Origin: Nitrospira sp.
Lineage (GTDB): Bacteria > Nitrospirota > Nitrospiria > Nitrospirales > Nitrospiraceae
DNA: 64,000 nt
Assembly (NCBI GenBank): GCA_047150005.1
Contig: AP038806.1
Location: forward strand, 2,976,001 to 3,040,000
Reading direction: 5' to 3'
Both the position numbers and the translations under genes were made by a program. Under the pieces are notes generated by a model. It had not been told where the DNA came from. It was given only the letters and a program-made list of their open reading frames with translations, and ran no database searches. Each line of letters opens with the position of its first letter. Position 1 is the first letter of the stretch. This document shows positions 22,997 through 31,537 of the stretch, piece after piece.

Positions 22997-24031
22997 ATGA
23001 CCACAGCGACAGCAACGCGCGAGTACCATTTCTCTTTGCACGGCGTAGATCTGCACTACCACACGTCGTCTTCGGCTCTGGTGGCGCCGATTCTCTCCTT
23101 CCTGCGCCATTTTTGTGCCGACAGCGGACAGGGCGGAACGGTGCTCACCATTCGTTTCGAACAGGTCGGCGGTCGAGCGGAGATACCGGTCACGTTGTCC
23201 AAACAGGCCAGAACGTTGTTCTCGGGAACCTGTCCATCGCGGGGAGACTCGCTCCGCTCGATCTGGCGCTGCGACGTCGTGCAGGACGGCGACCGTCTCG
23301 TCACCGACTTCCACGATCAGGGCGTGTTGATCATCGACGGGCCCCGCGGGCTCGTCGAAGGGTATTTCATCAGCCCAGAGGCGATGCACGAGGATGTCCG
23401 CGAGAGTTTTTTTCACTATGCCTTGATTGAACTCCTCAAGCGAAGAGGGCTGTTCACCGTGCATGCGACGGCGCTCGAGTATCAAGGGCAGGGCGTGCTG
23501 ATCCCGGGTTACAGCGGCCAGGGGAAAACGACGTCATTCCTTTCGCTTCTGCGATCAGGTTTTCGGTATCTGTCCGACGATTATCCACTTCTGAGGGACC
23601 GCGGTACCCACATGGAACTCCTCTCTTTTCCGATGAAGGTCGATGTCACGGACCGGACGATCGAATTCTTCCCCGAATTGCGGGACGCGCCTTCCGGAAT
23701 CTTGAAACAGGGCGTGTGGAAAAAGTGGTTCCAGCCGGAAGACGTCTATCCGAACTCCGTCGGAACGTCCTGCCGGCCGGCCATGATTCTGTTCCCGCGC
23801 GTCGTGGACATGGCACACAGCTGTCTCGAGCCCTTGTCCAGGAGCCGCGCGCTCGAGGCGGTCATGCCTCAGGCGCTGCGGGTGTACGATCCCGACGTCG
23901 CGCGCCGCGAGTTTCAGGCGCTTTCCAAGCTGGTCCAGCAGGTCGACTGTTATCGCCTCCACTTTGGGCGAGATATCCTCGATCTTCCGAAGCTCATCGC
24001 GCCGTTGCTGGAATTGCGGAAGTTCGCGTGA
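22997..24031 (+). CDS. HPr-kinase-like P-loop kinase (lasso-peptide kinase type)
   Basis: VHATAL, Walker A GYSGQGKTT, YLSDD motif. Confidence 0.85.
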   Translation: MTTATATREYHFSLHGVDLHYHTSSSALVAPILSFLRHFCADSGQGGTVLTIRFEQVGGRAEIPVTLSKQARTLFSGTCPSRGDSLRSIWRCDVVQDGDRLVTDFHDQGVLIIDGPRGLVEGYFISPEAMHEDVRESFFHYALIELLKRRGLFTVHATALEYQGQGVLIPGYSGQGKTTSFLSLLRSGFRYLSDDYPLLRDRGTHMELLSFPMKVDVTDRTIEFFPELRDAPSGILKQGVWKKWFQPEDVYPNSVGTSCRPAMILFPRVVDMAHSCLEPLSRSRALEAVMPQALRVYDPDVARREFQALSKLVQQVDCYRLHFGRDILDLPKLIAPLLELRKFA

Positions 24032-24125
24032 AGCGAGGAGGACACGAAGGCTGAACCGTCAGTGTTCGCTCCCGTGAGGCGTCCGCGTCACGGGGGACTT
24101 TGAAGGCGGAAGGAGGTGACGGCGA

Positions 24126-24251
24126 ATGGAGAATCAGAAGAAGGAGTCCTATACCGAGCCGGTGTTGACGGCGCACGAACTGCTGCGCGACATCACGGCG
24201 GTGAAGTATCGGGATTGTCAGAAGGCGATCGATAGCGGCTGTCCCGAGTAA
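24126..24251 (+). CDS. RiPP precursor peptide A3 (41 aa, two Cys)
   Basis: MENQKKESYTEPVLTAHELLRDITAVKYRDCQKAIDSGCPE; perfect AAGGAGGTGA RBS. Confidence 0.9.
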   Translation: MENQKKESYTEPVLTAHELLRDITAVKYRDCQKAIDSGCPE

Positions 24252-24294
24252 TCACGTCTGATCCTGTCCGAAGTGTTCGCGGGATCAGTGAGTC

Positions 24295-24332
24295 GATAGG
24301 CTGGCCGGAGGAAGGTCGCCGGGCAGCCTATC
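24295..24332 (+). terminator. Stem-loop after precursor A3 (attenuating terminator or stabiliser)
   Basis: gataggctg-gccgg...ccgg-gcagcctatc followed by tctcc. Confidence 0.5.
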
Positions 24333-24376
24333 TCTCCAGCCAGTGTTCGCCGAATCGTTCTTGTCCAGGGGGACGC

Positions 24377-25420
24377 ATGATCGTCGACGGCCTCAGGTGG
24401 TTTCTTGAGCGGACCGTGGAAACGGCCTTCTCATCGTTCCGCTCCAGGGAGAGTTTTGCGGAAGCCCTCGGCCACGTACCGACGGTCTTCGTGAATTTCT
24501 CCAACGGCCTGGCCTGGCCCTATTTGCTGTCGAGTGTTTTGCTGGCCTGGGTAATTTACGTCTTCGCCAGGCGGAGCCGGACCACGACCGTTGCGTCATT
24601 TCTCGAGTTCGCCTTTCCGTCGCGGCTCTATCGACATCCCTCCACGGCATTGGATTTTCGATTCATGGCCGTCGACGTGTTCGTGACGATGTTGCTGTAC
24701 GCGCCGATGTTCACGGGAGTCGGCCTACTCGGGACGAAGATCATCTCCGCGGTCCTCGTCGACCGGCTCGGATGGGATCCCCCGCGGGCCTTGTCCGTGG
24801 CCGCGCTCGTGCTTGCCGCCGTCGGATTCCTCCTGTTGTCCGATTGCGTGAACTACTGGTCGCACGTGTGGTTCCATAGGAGTCCCCTGCTCTGGTCATT
24901 CCACCGGGTCCATCATTCGGCCGAGGTGCTCACTCCGGCTGCGGCGTACCGCGTGCATCCGGTCGAAAATGCCGTGGTCGTGATGCTGCAGGCACCAATC
25001 GTCGGTCTGTCGGCGGTGTTCTATCAGAACATCCTCGGACCCGACCGGCAGATCACGATGATTTTCGGCGTCAGCGTGATCGGGTTCATTCTAGCCTTGA
25101 TGGGCACACATCTGCGGCACTCCCACATCTGGTTTTCGTATGGGCCCTGGTTGAATCGGGTGGTGATGAGCCCAGCCCACCATCAGATCCACCACAGCAT
25201 CGAGTCGCGGCATTGGAACAAGAACTTCGGGGTGAAGTTTACGATCTGGGACCAGCTCTTCGGCACCCTCTATGCGCCGGAAAAGCCCGAAGCGCTGAAG
25301 GTGGGTTTGCCTGACGCGGGGCCACCTGAATTCACCTCGGTGCCGAGGTTGTATTTCCTGCCATTTACTCGAGTGATCCACATGCTGTCCCTGTTACTCC
25401 ATGTCGAGAGGAGCAGATAG
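24377..25420 (+). CDS. Sterol desaturase / fatty-acid hydroxylase family di-iron membrane enzyme
   Basis: His boxes YWSHVWFH, FHRVHHS, HLRHSH, HHQIHHS; NFG...WDQLFGT. Confidence 0.9.
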   Translation: MIVDGLRWFLERTVETAFSSFRSRESFAEALGHVPTVFVNFSNGLAWPYLLSSVLLAWVIYVFARRSRTTTVASFLEFAFPSRLYRHPSTALDFRFMAVDVFVTMLLYAPMFTGVGLLGTKIISAVLVDRLGWDPPRALSVAALVLAAVGFLLLSDCVNYWSHVWFHRSPLLWSFHRVHHSAEVLTPAAAYRVHPVENAVVVMLQAPIVGLSAVFYQNILGPDRQITMIFGVSVIGFILALMGTHLRHSHIWFSYGPWLNRVVMSPAHHQIHHSIESRHWNKNFGVKFTIWDQLFGTLYAPEKPEALKVGLPDAGPPEFTSVPRLYFLPFTRVIHMLSLLLHVERSR

Positions 25421-26698
25421 ATGATGCGTATTCCTACTGCAGCCACCACGCGGCCTGCGTCTCTGGAATTTCACGCAGCGGACCAGACGTCCGCGACCTG
25501 GTTTCCTGAGGCCAGGTTCCTAAGGCTCTGCGCCCGCACCTCCGTCAGCGATGCCGAACGTCGTCGTATCAGAGAGACGGCTCAGCTCCCAATGGATTGG
25601 CAACGAGTATTGGATCTTGCGCACTACCACGGCGTGGGTCCGCTGCTATACCGGACGATCAGCGCCGTCTGCCAAGATTTGGTGCCGCACGAGCCGCTCG
25701 TGAAACTTCGCCGGGTGAGTCAGGTCGGAACGTTGCTGAATGGTGTGTTGGCCAAGGAAGTGGTTCGACTTTGTCAGGCTTTCAACGAGAAGGGCGTGCC
25801 AATCATCCCGTTCAAAGGCGCCACCTTGGCAGCGCTGGCTTATGAAGACATGAACTTGCGGGACTTCGACGATCTCGATTTCATTGTGCCGCAGCCTCAA
25901 TTGGCAGATGCGCAGGAGGTCTTGCAGTCCCAGGGGTATCGCTGTTGGATTCGTTCGCGCGAAGAATTTCAAGCTTCGCATTCTGATGAACCATACCATT
26001 TGTACATCAACGAGAGCCGTCGGGCAGTCGTCGATTTGCAATGGGTCATGGCGCACGAACTGTTTTCTTTTCGCCTCGACCGAGTCGAGCTCTGGGATCG
26101 GCGCATCTCTGTCCGGATCGGCGGCGCACAGGTCAGCACGCTAGCCCCGGAGGAATTGTTGATCATATTATGTGTACATGGTTCGAAGCATGCCTGGGAG
26201 CGATTGAAGTGGGTGACTGACGTGGCTGAGCTGCTTCGAGCGAGAAAACTTGACTGGAACCGCGCCTTTGCGACGGCCGAGAAGTGGCACTGCCGCCGCA
26301 TGCTCTTGATCGGTCTCAGCCTTGCTCATCGGTTGATGGACACCCCCCTTCCTCCCGGGATCCGAGGCGAGATCTATTCTGACCCTCAAATTTCCGCACT
26401 AGCGGCGTGCATGCCGAAAAGCATGCTGATCCAATCTCAAAATGGGATCGACGAGCACGACGGACCGGCGCTGTATTTTACGCTGAAGGATAGCTGGCTG
26501 GAACGTTGGCGTTACGGCATGACACTATGTCGTGAGAATCATCCCGTCATTCACCAGCCTCCCTCATGGTTTCAATGGAAGCGGTCGCTCGCGAGACTTG
26601 CCCGCATTCTTCAACCGCTCCGCGCATGGACTGCGAAAGTGCCTCTGGCCAAGCGAATTCGGCGTGTTTTCGTCCGGATCACAGAACTTCCTGCCTAA
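25421..26698 (+). CDS. Nucleotidyltransferase family protein (NTP_transf_5-like, lasso-cluster type)
   Basis: DWQRVLDLAHYHGV, FKGATLAALAY, RDFDDLDFIV, VDLQW, CVHGSKH, LKWVTDV. Confidence 0.85.
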   Translation: MMRIPTAATTRPASLEFHAADQTSATWFPEARFLRLCARTSVSDAERRRIRETAQLPMDWQRVLDLAHYHGVGPLLYRTISAVCQDLVPHEPLVKLRRVSQVGTLLNGVLAKEVVRLCQAFNEKGVPIIPFKGATLAALAYEDMNLRDFDDLDFIVPQPQLADAQEVLQSQGYRCWIRSREEFQASHSDEPYHLYINESRRAVVDLQWVMAHELFSFRLDRVELWDRRISVRIGGAQVSTLAPEELLIILCVHGSKHAWERLKWVTDVAELLRARKLDWNRAFATAEKWHCRRMLLIGLSLAHRLMDTPLPPGIRGEIYSDPQISALAACMPKSMLIQSQNGIDEHDGPALYFTLKDSWLERWRYGMTLCRENHPVIHQPPSWFQWKRSLARLARILQPLRAWTAKVPLAKRIRRVFVRITELPA

Positions 26699-26800
26699 GG
26701 CGCCGCGGACTTGCGGCGACATTTCTGGCCGTTGCCCCTGAAAAAATCTGCATGGTAGGATAGCGCCATCGCTCTCTTAGGTTCTAGGAAGGAGGCCGTC

Positions 26801-27334
26801 ATGAAGCGTGTTGCCCTCTTACTATGTTCCGTAGTCGCCCTGCTGGTGGGCGTCAATCTGGTCCTGGCGGCTGGATTCTTCAAGGTCGGGGAGAAAGCGC
26901 CTGATTTTACGTTGAACGCCCTGACGGGCGAAACGGTGAACCTTGCGTCGCAAAAGGGAAAGGTCGTCGTACTGGGACTGTTTCATATCTGCGACCCCTG
27001 CATGATGCAGGGGTCCAATCTTCAAAAGGTCTACGAATCGACGTACGGGAAGAATGTGGCGGTGATCGGCGTGAACTCCGCCGGCAATGCGAAAAAGGAT
27101 GTCGGGGAGTTTCTCTCGGCCTTTCCGGTCAAGGTCACGTACCCGTATCTGTTGGACCCAGGGAAAGTGACGGATAAGCTCTACGGAGGGGGGAAATTCA
27201 TCCCCAATGTGTACGTCATCGACCAGGACGGAGTGATTCGCTGGCAGCGTGTGGGGAACATGGACCTCGCCGGTGCCGACGTGATCGTGGCAGAAGTGGA
27301 AAAACTGCTGGCCGCGTCGGGACAGAAGATGTAA
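26801..27334 (+). CDS. Exported TlpA/AhpC-TSA thioredoxin-like protein
   Basis: Signal peptide, VGEKAPDFTL, CDPC (CxxC), IPNVYVIDQDGVIR. Confidence 0.85.
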   Translation: MKRVALLLCSVVALLVGVNLVLAAGFFKVGEKAPDFTLNALTGETVNLASQKGKVVVLGLFHICDPCMMQGSNLQKVYESTYGKNVAVIGVNSAGNAKKDVGEFLSAFPVKVTYPYLLDPGKVTDKLYGGGKFIPNVYVIDQDGVIRWQRVGNMDLAGADVIVAEVEKLLAASGQKM

Positions 27335-27364
27335 CAACACGCTCGACGGAAGGCGGAATTCCCC

Positions 27365-27604
27365 ATGGATGAGATCGAAGCAGGGAAACAGAGGTTTTTG
27401 GAGGTGGTCAAGGCCATTGATGCCGCCGTGCAAGTGGTCATACCTGTCTCGCCTTCCAACAGCATGTTTCTGATTTCCCTCACGAAGGGGTCGAACCGGA
27501 AGTTCATCACGTTGCCGGAGGACGACATCATTGATCTGCCCAACGAACCGAGCATTGAAACCAAAGTCACGAAGGTCTTGAAGGATGCGGTTGCGGCGCT
27601 GTGA
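27365..27604 (+). CDS. Hypothetical protein (79 aa)
   Basis: In-strand ORF with typical codon usage; no motif recognised. Confidence 0.7.
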   Translation: MDEIEAGKQRFLEVVKAIDAAVQVVIPVSPSNSMFLISLTKGSNRKFITLPEDDIIDLPNEPSIETKVTKVLKDAVAAL

Positions 27605-27698
27605 GCCGGTGAGGCCCCTCCTTTCCATTTCGGACGCGGTCAGTTCGCCGCCGGTTCCCGCGCAAGAGATCTCCTGAGCGCATGACCCCGGGTAATTC

Positions 27699-28304
27699 AT
27701 GAAACAACTGTTTCACGGCATCTGGCAATGGTCGTGGTTTTCCCAAGAGAAACAGATCGACTTTAACGGACTGTTTCTGGCAATCGGCGAGCACAAGATC
27801 CTCGTGGATCCGCCTCCCCTGACGGCGGAGGCGACCACGCTGATCCGCCGCCAGGGAGGCGTCGATTACATCGTCGTCACGAATCGTGACCACCGGCGGG
27901 AGGCCGAGATGTGCCGGGATGAATTCCGATGTCAGTTGTGGGTGCCTGATGCGGATGCCGGACAGATGGATCTCCAGCCCGCCAGAACGTTCAAGGACGG
28001 AGAATTGCTGCCAGGTGGAATGTGGACGGTTCAGCTGAGTGATCAAAAGTCTCCCGGAGAGTCGGCGCTGTTCATTCCGCAGGGCAAGGGCACCATCATC
28101 GTCGGCGATGCGTTGATCGGAAAGCCCGCGGGGGTCCTGAGTCTGTTGGCTGCGGAGAAGTACGCCGACGTCCACAAGGCGCGAGAAGGGCTGCGCCGCC
28201 TGTTGAAGTACACCTTCGATGCACTCTTGGTCGGCGACGGGGTCTCGATTCTTACCGGCGCGAAGCAGGCGGTGGAGTTGGCGTTGAAGGACTCGCCGCC
28301 ATGA
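27699..28304 (+). CDS. Metallo-beta-lactamase-fold protein (degenerate metal motif)
   Basis: LVDPP, VTNRDHRR, KSPGE, IVGDAL, LLVGDG. Confidence 0.75.
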   Translation: MKQLFHGIWQWSWFSQEKQIDFNGLFLAIGEHKILVDPPPLTAEATTLIRRQGGVDYIVVTNRDHRREAEMCRDEFRCQLWVPDADAGQMDLQPARTFKDGELLPGGMWTVQLSDQKSPGESALFIPQGKGTIIVGDALIGKPAGVLSLLAAEKYADVHKAREGLRRLLKYTFDALLVGDGVSILTGAKQAVELALKDSPP

Positions 28305-29113
28305 TGGTCAAGAACGGCCTGTCGGAGGAGCTCAATCGACACGGGAACGAACACTTCTCGCGCGGGCACTATACCGAGGCGTACACCTGCTATGCCAAGG
28401 CACTCGAATGCGATCGGATGACCCGCGACCAGCGGGCATTGGTGACCACGCTTGGCAATCTCGGCAACATCTGTGCGGTCAGCGGCCGACGAGAGGCGGC
28501 GCAGGACTATTATCAGGAGGTATTGGAACTGCAGAAGGTGTTCGGCGACGAGAAGGGGATCGGGACGACATTGGCCAATCTGGGTAACCTGCGCGCGGAC
28601 GCGGGAGAATGGGAGCGGGCGAGAGCCTACTATCTGGAAGCATTGGACTTGATGACCAAGACACGCGACGAGGCGGCCAAGGCGGTTCTGTATTCCGATC
28701 TCGGCCTGATCGCGAGAGAGACCGGCCAATTCGATGAGGCGATTCGATGGTATGAACGTTCGCTCGTGCTGATGCGTCGATTGGGGAATCCGGGCGGTGC
28801 GGCCGACGCCTGGCGCATGATGGGGCGGACCTTTTTGATGCAGCGCCGTCATGACGACGCGATTGCCTGCTGTCAAACCAGCCAATCCATTGCGGAGCGG
28901 GCACATGACGAACTCCGTACGGGCGGCGCTCGCTACGTGCTGGCTCAGTGCTACGAAGAACTCGGCCGTCTCGGCGAGGCGGTCGCCTTGCTCGAGCGGG
29001 TGGTGGAAATGGACCGGAAATATCAGTTGCCGAAATTGGACGAGAACACCAAGCGGCTGCGGGATCTTCGTGAGCGAAAAGAACGGGAAACTGTCGGGGG
29101 ATCGCATGAGTGA
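28301..29113 (+). CDS. Tetratricopeptide repeat protein
   Basis: Repeated LGNLGN..A..YY..AL helices. Confidence 0.88.
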   Translation: MMVKNGLSEELNRHGNEHFSRGHYTEAYTCYAKALECDRMTRDQRALVTTLGNLGNICAVSGRREAAQDYYQEVLELQKVFGDEKGIGTTLANLGNLRADAGEWERARAYYLEALDLMTKTRDEAAKAVLYSDLGLIARETGQFDEAIRWYERSLVLMRRLGNPGGAADAWRMMGRTFLMQRRHDDAIACCQTSQSIAERAHDELRTGGARYVLAQCYEELGRLGEAVALLERVVEMDRKYQLPKLDENTKRLRDLRERKERETVGGSHE

Positions 29114-29543
29114 ACCGATATCACCGGGTTGGGTTGAAGCTCGGACCAAGTTGAACGCGACGTTTCCCCAGTTCTACGAGCTTGAGCCGGGCGGTTCGTT
29201 GGCGCTGGATCTGGGAGAGGACGGCTGGCTGTTGGAACTCAAGCCGGAAGGGAAAGTGCTTTGTCAGTACGGAGTGGCGATGGATGACGTGATGAGTCTC
29301 ATGTCCGACGGCACTCCGGAGGATCTGGGCACGGACGAGATTGCCAAGCAGGCGAAATACTTCATTCAGCCGGCGGTGTCGAAATTCAGGGGCCTGCTGT
29401 TGCAGTCCGGATTCTCGGAGCAATCCGAAATGAACGATGAATATGTGGCGGTGACGTTCGAACGACCGGTGGACTTTCATCATCTCTCCAAAGTGGAGGA
29501 TCTGATCCGCTGGTGCCGGCGGCAAATCGGCGGAGCGACATGA
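29106..29543 (+). CDS. Hypothetical protein
   Basis: Start and stop overlap both neighbours, suggesting translational coupling. Confidence 0.7.
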   Translation: MSEPISPGWVEARTKLNATFPQFYELEPGGSLALDLGEDGWLLELKPEGKVLCQYGVAMDDVMSLMSDGTPEDLGTDEIAKQAKYFIQPAVSKFRGLLLQSGFSEQSEMNDEYVAVTFERPVDFHHLSKVEDLIRWCRRQIGGAT

Positions 29544-30595
29544 CGAGGCCGCCGGTGACCTTTTCCGAGTTTCGCGATCTTTTTGCTGCGTATCGCCTTC
29601 CGAGGATCATTCTCACCGCTCTCGAACTGAAACTCTTCACGGTCATGGGCTCCTTGGCCTGGACTCCGCCCCAATTGGCCCGCTCGCTCAAGGTCAGCGA
29701 ACGGGGAGTGACAATGCTCTGCCGGAATTTGGCCATGGCCGGGCTGCTCATAAAAAAGGGAGAGCGGTATCGAACCGGCCGGTTGGGCTCGACTCTGTTG
29801 AACGGCGACCATCCCGCTTATCGAGGCAGTTATATCGATCTGCTCGCCGGTCAGTGGAACGATTGGGCGGCCTTGACCGAGTCGGTGCGAACCGGGAAGC
29901 CGGTCGACCACGGCGAGCCCGAGCAGCCGGACTATCGCTCAAGATTCACCTGGGCCATGCATCAACGCACGATGGATCTCGCACCACGGTTAGCCGCCGG
30001 CATTTCGCTCAAGGGAGCGAAATCGCTGCTGGATCTCGGTGGGGGACCGGGGACGTATGCGCTGGCGTTCCTGGCCAGAAACCGAAAGCTGCGGGGGACG
30101 GTCTGTGATCGTCCCGCCGCGCTCGAAGTGGCGAAGACTATCGCCCGAAGCCACAAGGCTGGTGCAAGACTGTCATGCCTGCCGCTGGATCTGTTGGTTG
30201 ATCCGATTCCCGGTACTTACGACGTCGTGTGGTTTTCGAACGTCTTGCACATCTATTCTCCGGAACAGAACCGGGCTGTCCTTCGGCGGATCAAGGCGGC
30301 GTTGAATCCCGGCGGTCGCCTCCTCATCCAGGACGCCTTCCTTCATGATCGGGAAGGGCTTCGTCCCGATGATGCCAGCCTGTTCGCCCTGTCCATGCTC
30401 TTGTTTACCGAAACCGGGGACACCTATCATGCGACCGAAGTCACGGCCTGGTTGAAAGCAGCCGGCTTCGAGGACGTCAGGTTGTTGAAGATGAAGAAGA
30501 CACAGGAGGATTGGGAGGGAGGGGTTTTGGAGGCCCGTGTTCCCAGATCGCCCGTACAAACGCGTGCCAGCCGGCGACGATCAATAAGAAGTTGA
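29540..30595 (+). CDS. Class I SAM O-methyltransferase (dimerisation + Methyltransf_2)
   Basis: LLDLGGGPGTYA, YDVVWFSNVLH, LNPGGRLLIQD. Confidence 0.9.
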   Translation: MTRPPVTFSEFRDLFAAYRLPRIILTALELKLFTVMGSLAWTPPQLARSLKVSERGVTMLCRNLAMAGLLIKKGERYRTGRLGSTLLNGDHPAYRGSYIDLLAGQWNDWAALTESVRTGKPVDHGEPEQPDYRSRFTWAMHQRTMDLAPRLAAGISLKGAKSLLDLGGGPGTYALAFLARNRKLRGTVCDRPAALEVAKTIARSHKAGARLSCLPLDLLVDPIPGTYDVVWFSNVLHIYSPEQNRAVLRRIKAALNPGGRLLIQDAFLHDREGLRPDDASLFALSMLLFTETGDTYHATEVTAWLKAAGFEDVRLLKMKKTQEDWEGGVLEARVPRSPVQTRASRRRSIRS

Positions 30596-30884
30596 AGCAA
30601 CCGCTCAACCAGTTCAATGAAGCGAAGCGAGCCTGGGAATCCGCCGATCCTGTCAGGGTGGCCAGGTCCAGGGCAAGCCCGACCGTTCCATAGATCACGC
30701 AAGCCATTCCAGGCCAATTCCATTTGGTCCAGACCAAGCCGATCAGGGCCAACGGGCTCACAATCAAGAACAGATCCCAGGGCAAGAAACTCCAATCGAG
30801 TAGGTTCGAGCCCGTCATCGCACGGCGGGTTTCAATTCCGATCAGGAGCAGACCCGCCAAGACGGCTGTCAGTGCCGCACGCAT
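30477..30884 (-). CDS. Hypothetical membrane protein
   Basis: About four hydrophobic segments; 3' end overlaps the convergent methyltransferase. Confidence 0.5.
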   Translation of the reverse strand: MRAALTAVLAGLLLIGIETRRAMTGSNLLDWSFLPWDLFLIVSPLALIGLVWTKWNWPGMACVIYGTVGLALDLATLTGSADSQARFASLNWLSGCFNFLLIVAGWHAFVRAIWEHGPPKPLPPNPPVSSSSSTT

Positions 30885-30972
30885 AAGCCGATCATACGCA
30901 CCGCCTGTTGCAGGGGCAACAGGCGCTTGTTCTCGTGTGCGCCCGCTGCTAGGGTGGTGTGAGGAGGAAGGT

Positions 30973-31392
30973 ATGAAGCAACCGACCGACAACGGATTGG
31001 CTGGCTGCACCCTGGTGTATGACGGCCGTTGCCGTTTCTGCGTGGCCGCCAAGAATCAACTCGAGCGGTTGGAGGCCGGAGGGTCAGAATCGCCCCTTCG
31101 GATGGTCCCCTATGACGACGAGGAGGCCAGAGGGTTGCTGCGTGAGGCCTATCGGCCTGGGCGTCCGGAGGTCGCCTTTCTTATTGATTCGACTGGCAAG
31201 ATCACCAGAGGGCTCGATGCCTTCCTGCCGTTCCTTCCCGCTATGAGGGGTGGGCCTTTCCTGGCCGGATTCTTCCGTCTGCCGCTGGTCAAACCGTTCG
31301 CCCGTCTGCTGTATGCCGTCGTCGCCAAGCACCGATACAGACTCTTCGGCGAGGTTCACCCGCCGCGTAGGGGTTCCTCCCACCATACTTGA
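30973..31392 (+). CDS. DCC1-like (DUF393) thiol-disulfide oxidoreductase
   Basis: LVYDGRCRFC (DxxCxxC), LYAVVAKHRYRLFG; GAGGAGG RBS. Confidence 0.85.
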   Translation: MKQPTDNGLAGCTLVYDGRCRFCVAAKNQLERLEAGGSESPLRMVPYDDEEARGLLREAYRPGRPEVAFLIDSTGKITRGLDAFLPFLPAMRGGPFLAGFFRLPLVKPFARLLYAVVAKHRYRLFGEVHPPRRGSSHHT

Positions 31393-31537
31393 CGGCTCCC
31401 GGCCCGACATCGTCTCAACAACCGGTACAAATCTGTTCAAATCATACCCCCTCTTTTCGGGGGTTGCTTGCCTATACCGGGGAATTTACCCTTGGGCCTC
31501 TTGCTGGGACACTGCCGGGCAAGGAGGAACGAAGCTC

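Noticed and set aside
22525..24251. CRISPR array or simple DNA repeat
   Set aside because: The repeats are coding, vary at synonymous positions and lack regular spacers; no cas genes are present.
17660..26698. Canonical lasso peptide cluster
   Set aside because: No asparagine-synthetase-like cyclase is in the window, the cores start with I/Q/V, and A3 lacks D/E at positions 7-9. A1 and A2 do have Asp9, so a cyclase acting in trans is not fully excluded.
26801..30595. TlpA, MBL, TPR and methyltransferase genes as part of the RiPP cluster
   Set aside because: They are separated by a spacer with its own RBS and show no RiPP-specific motifs; a role for TlpA in an A3 disulfide is only speculative.
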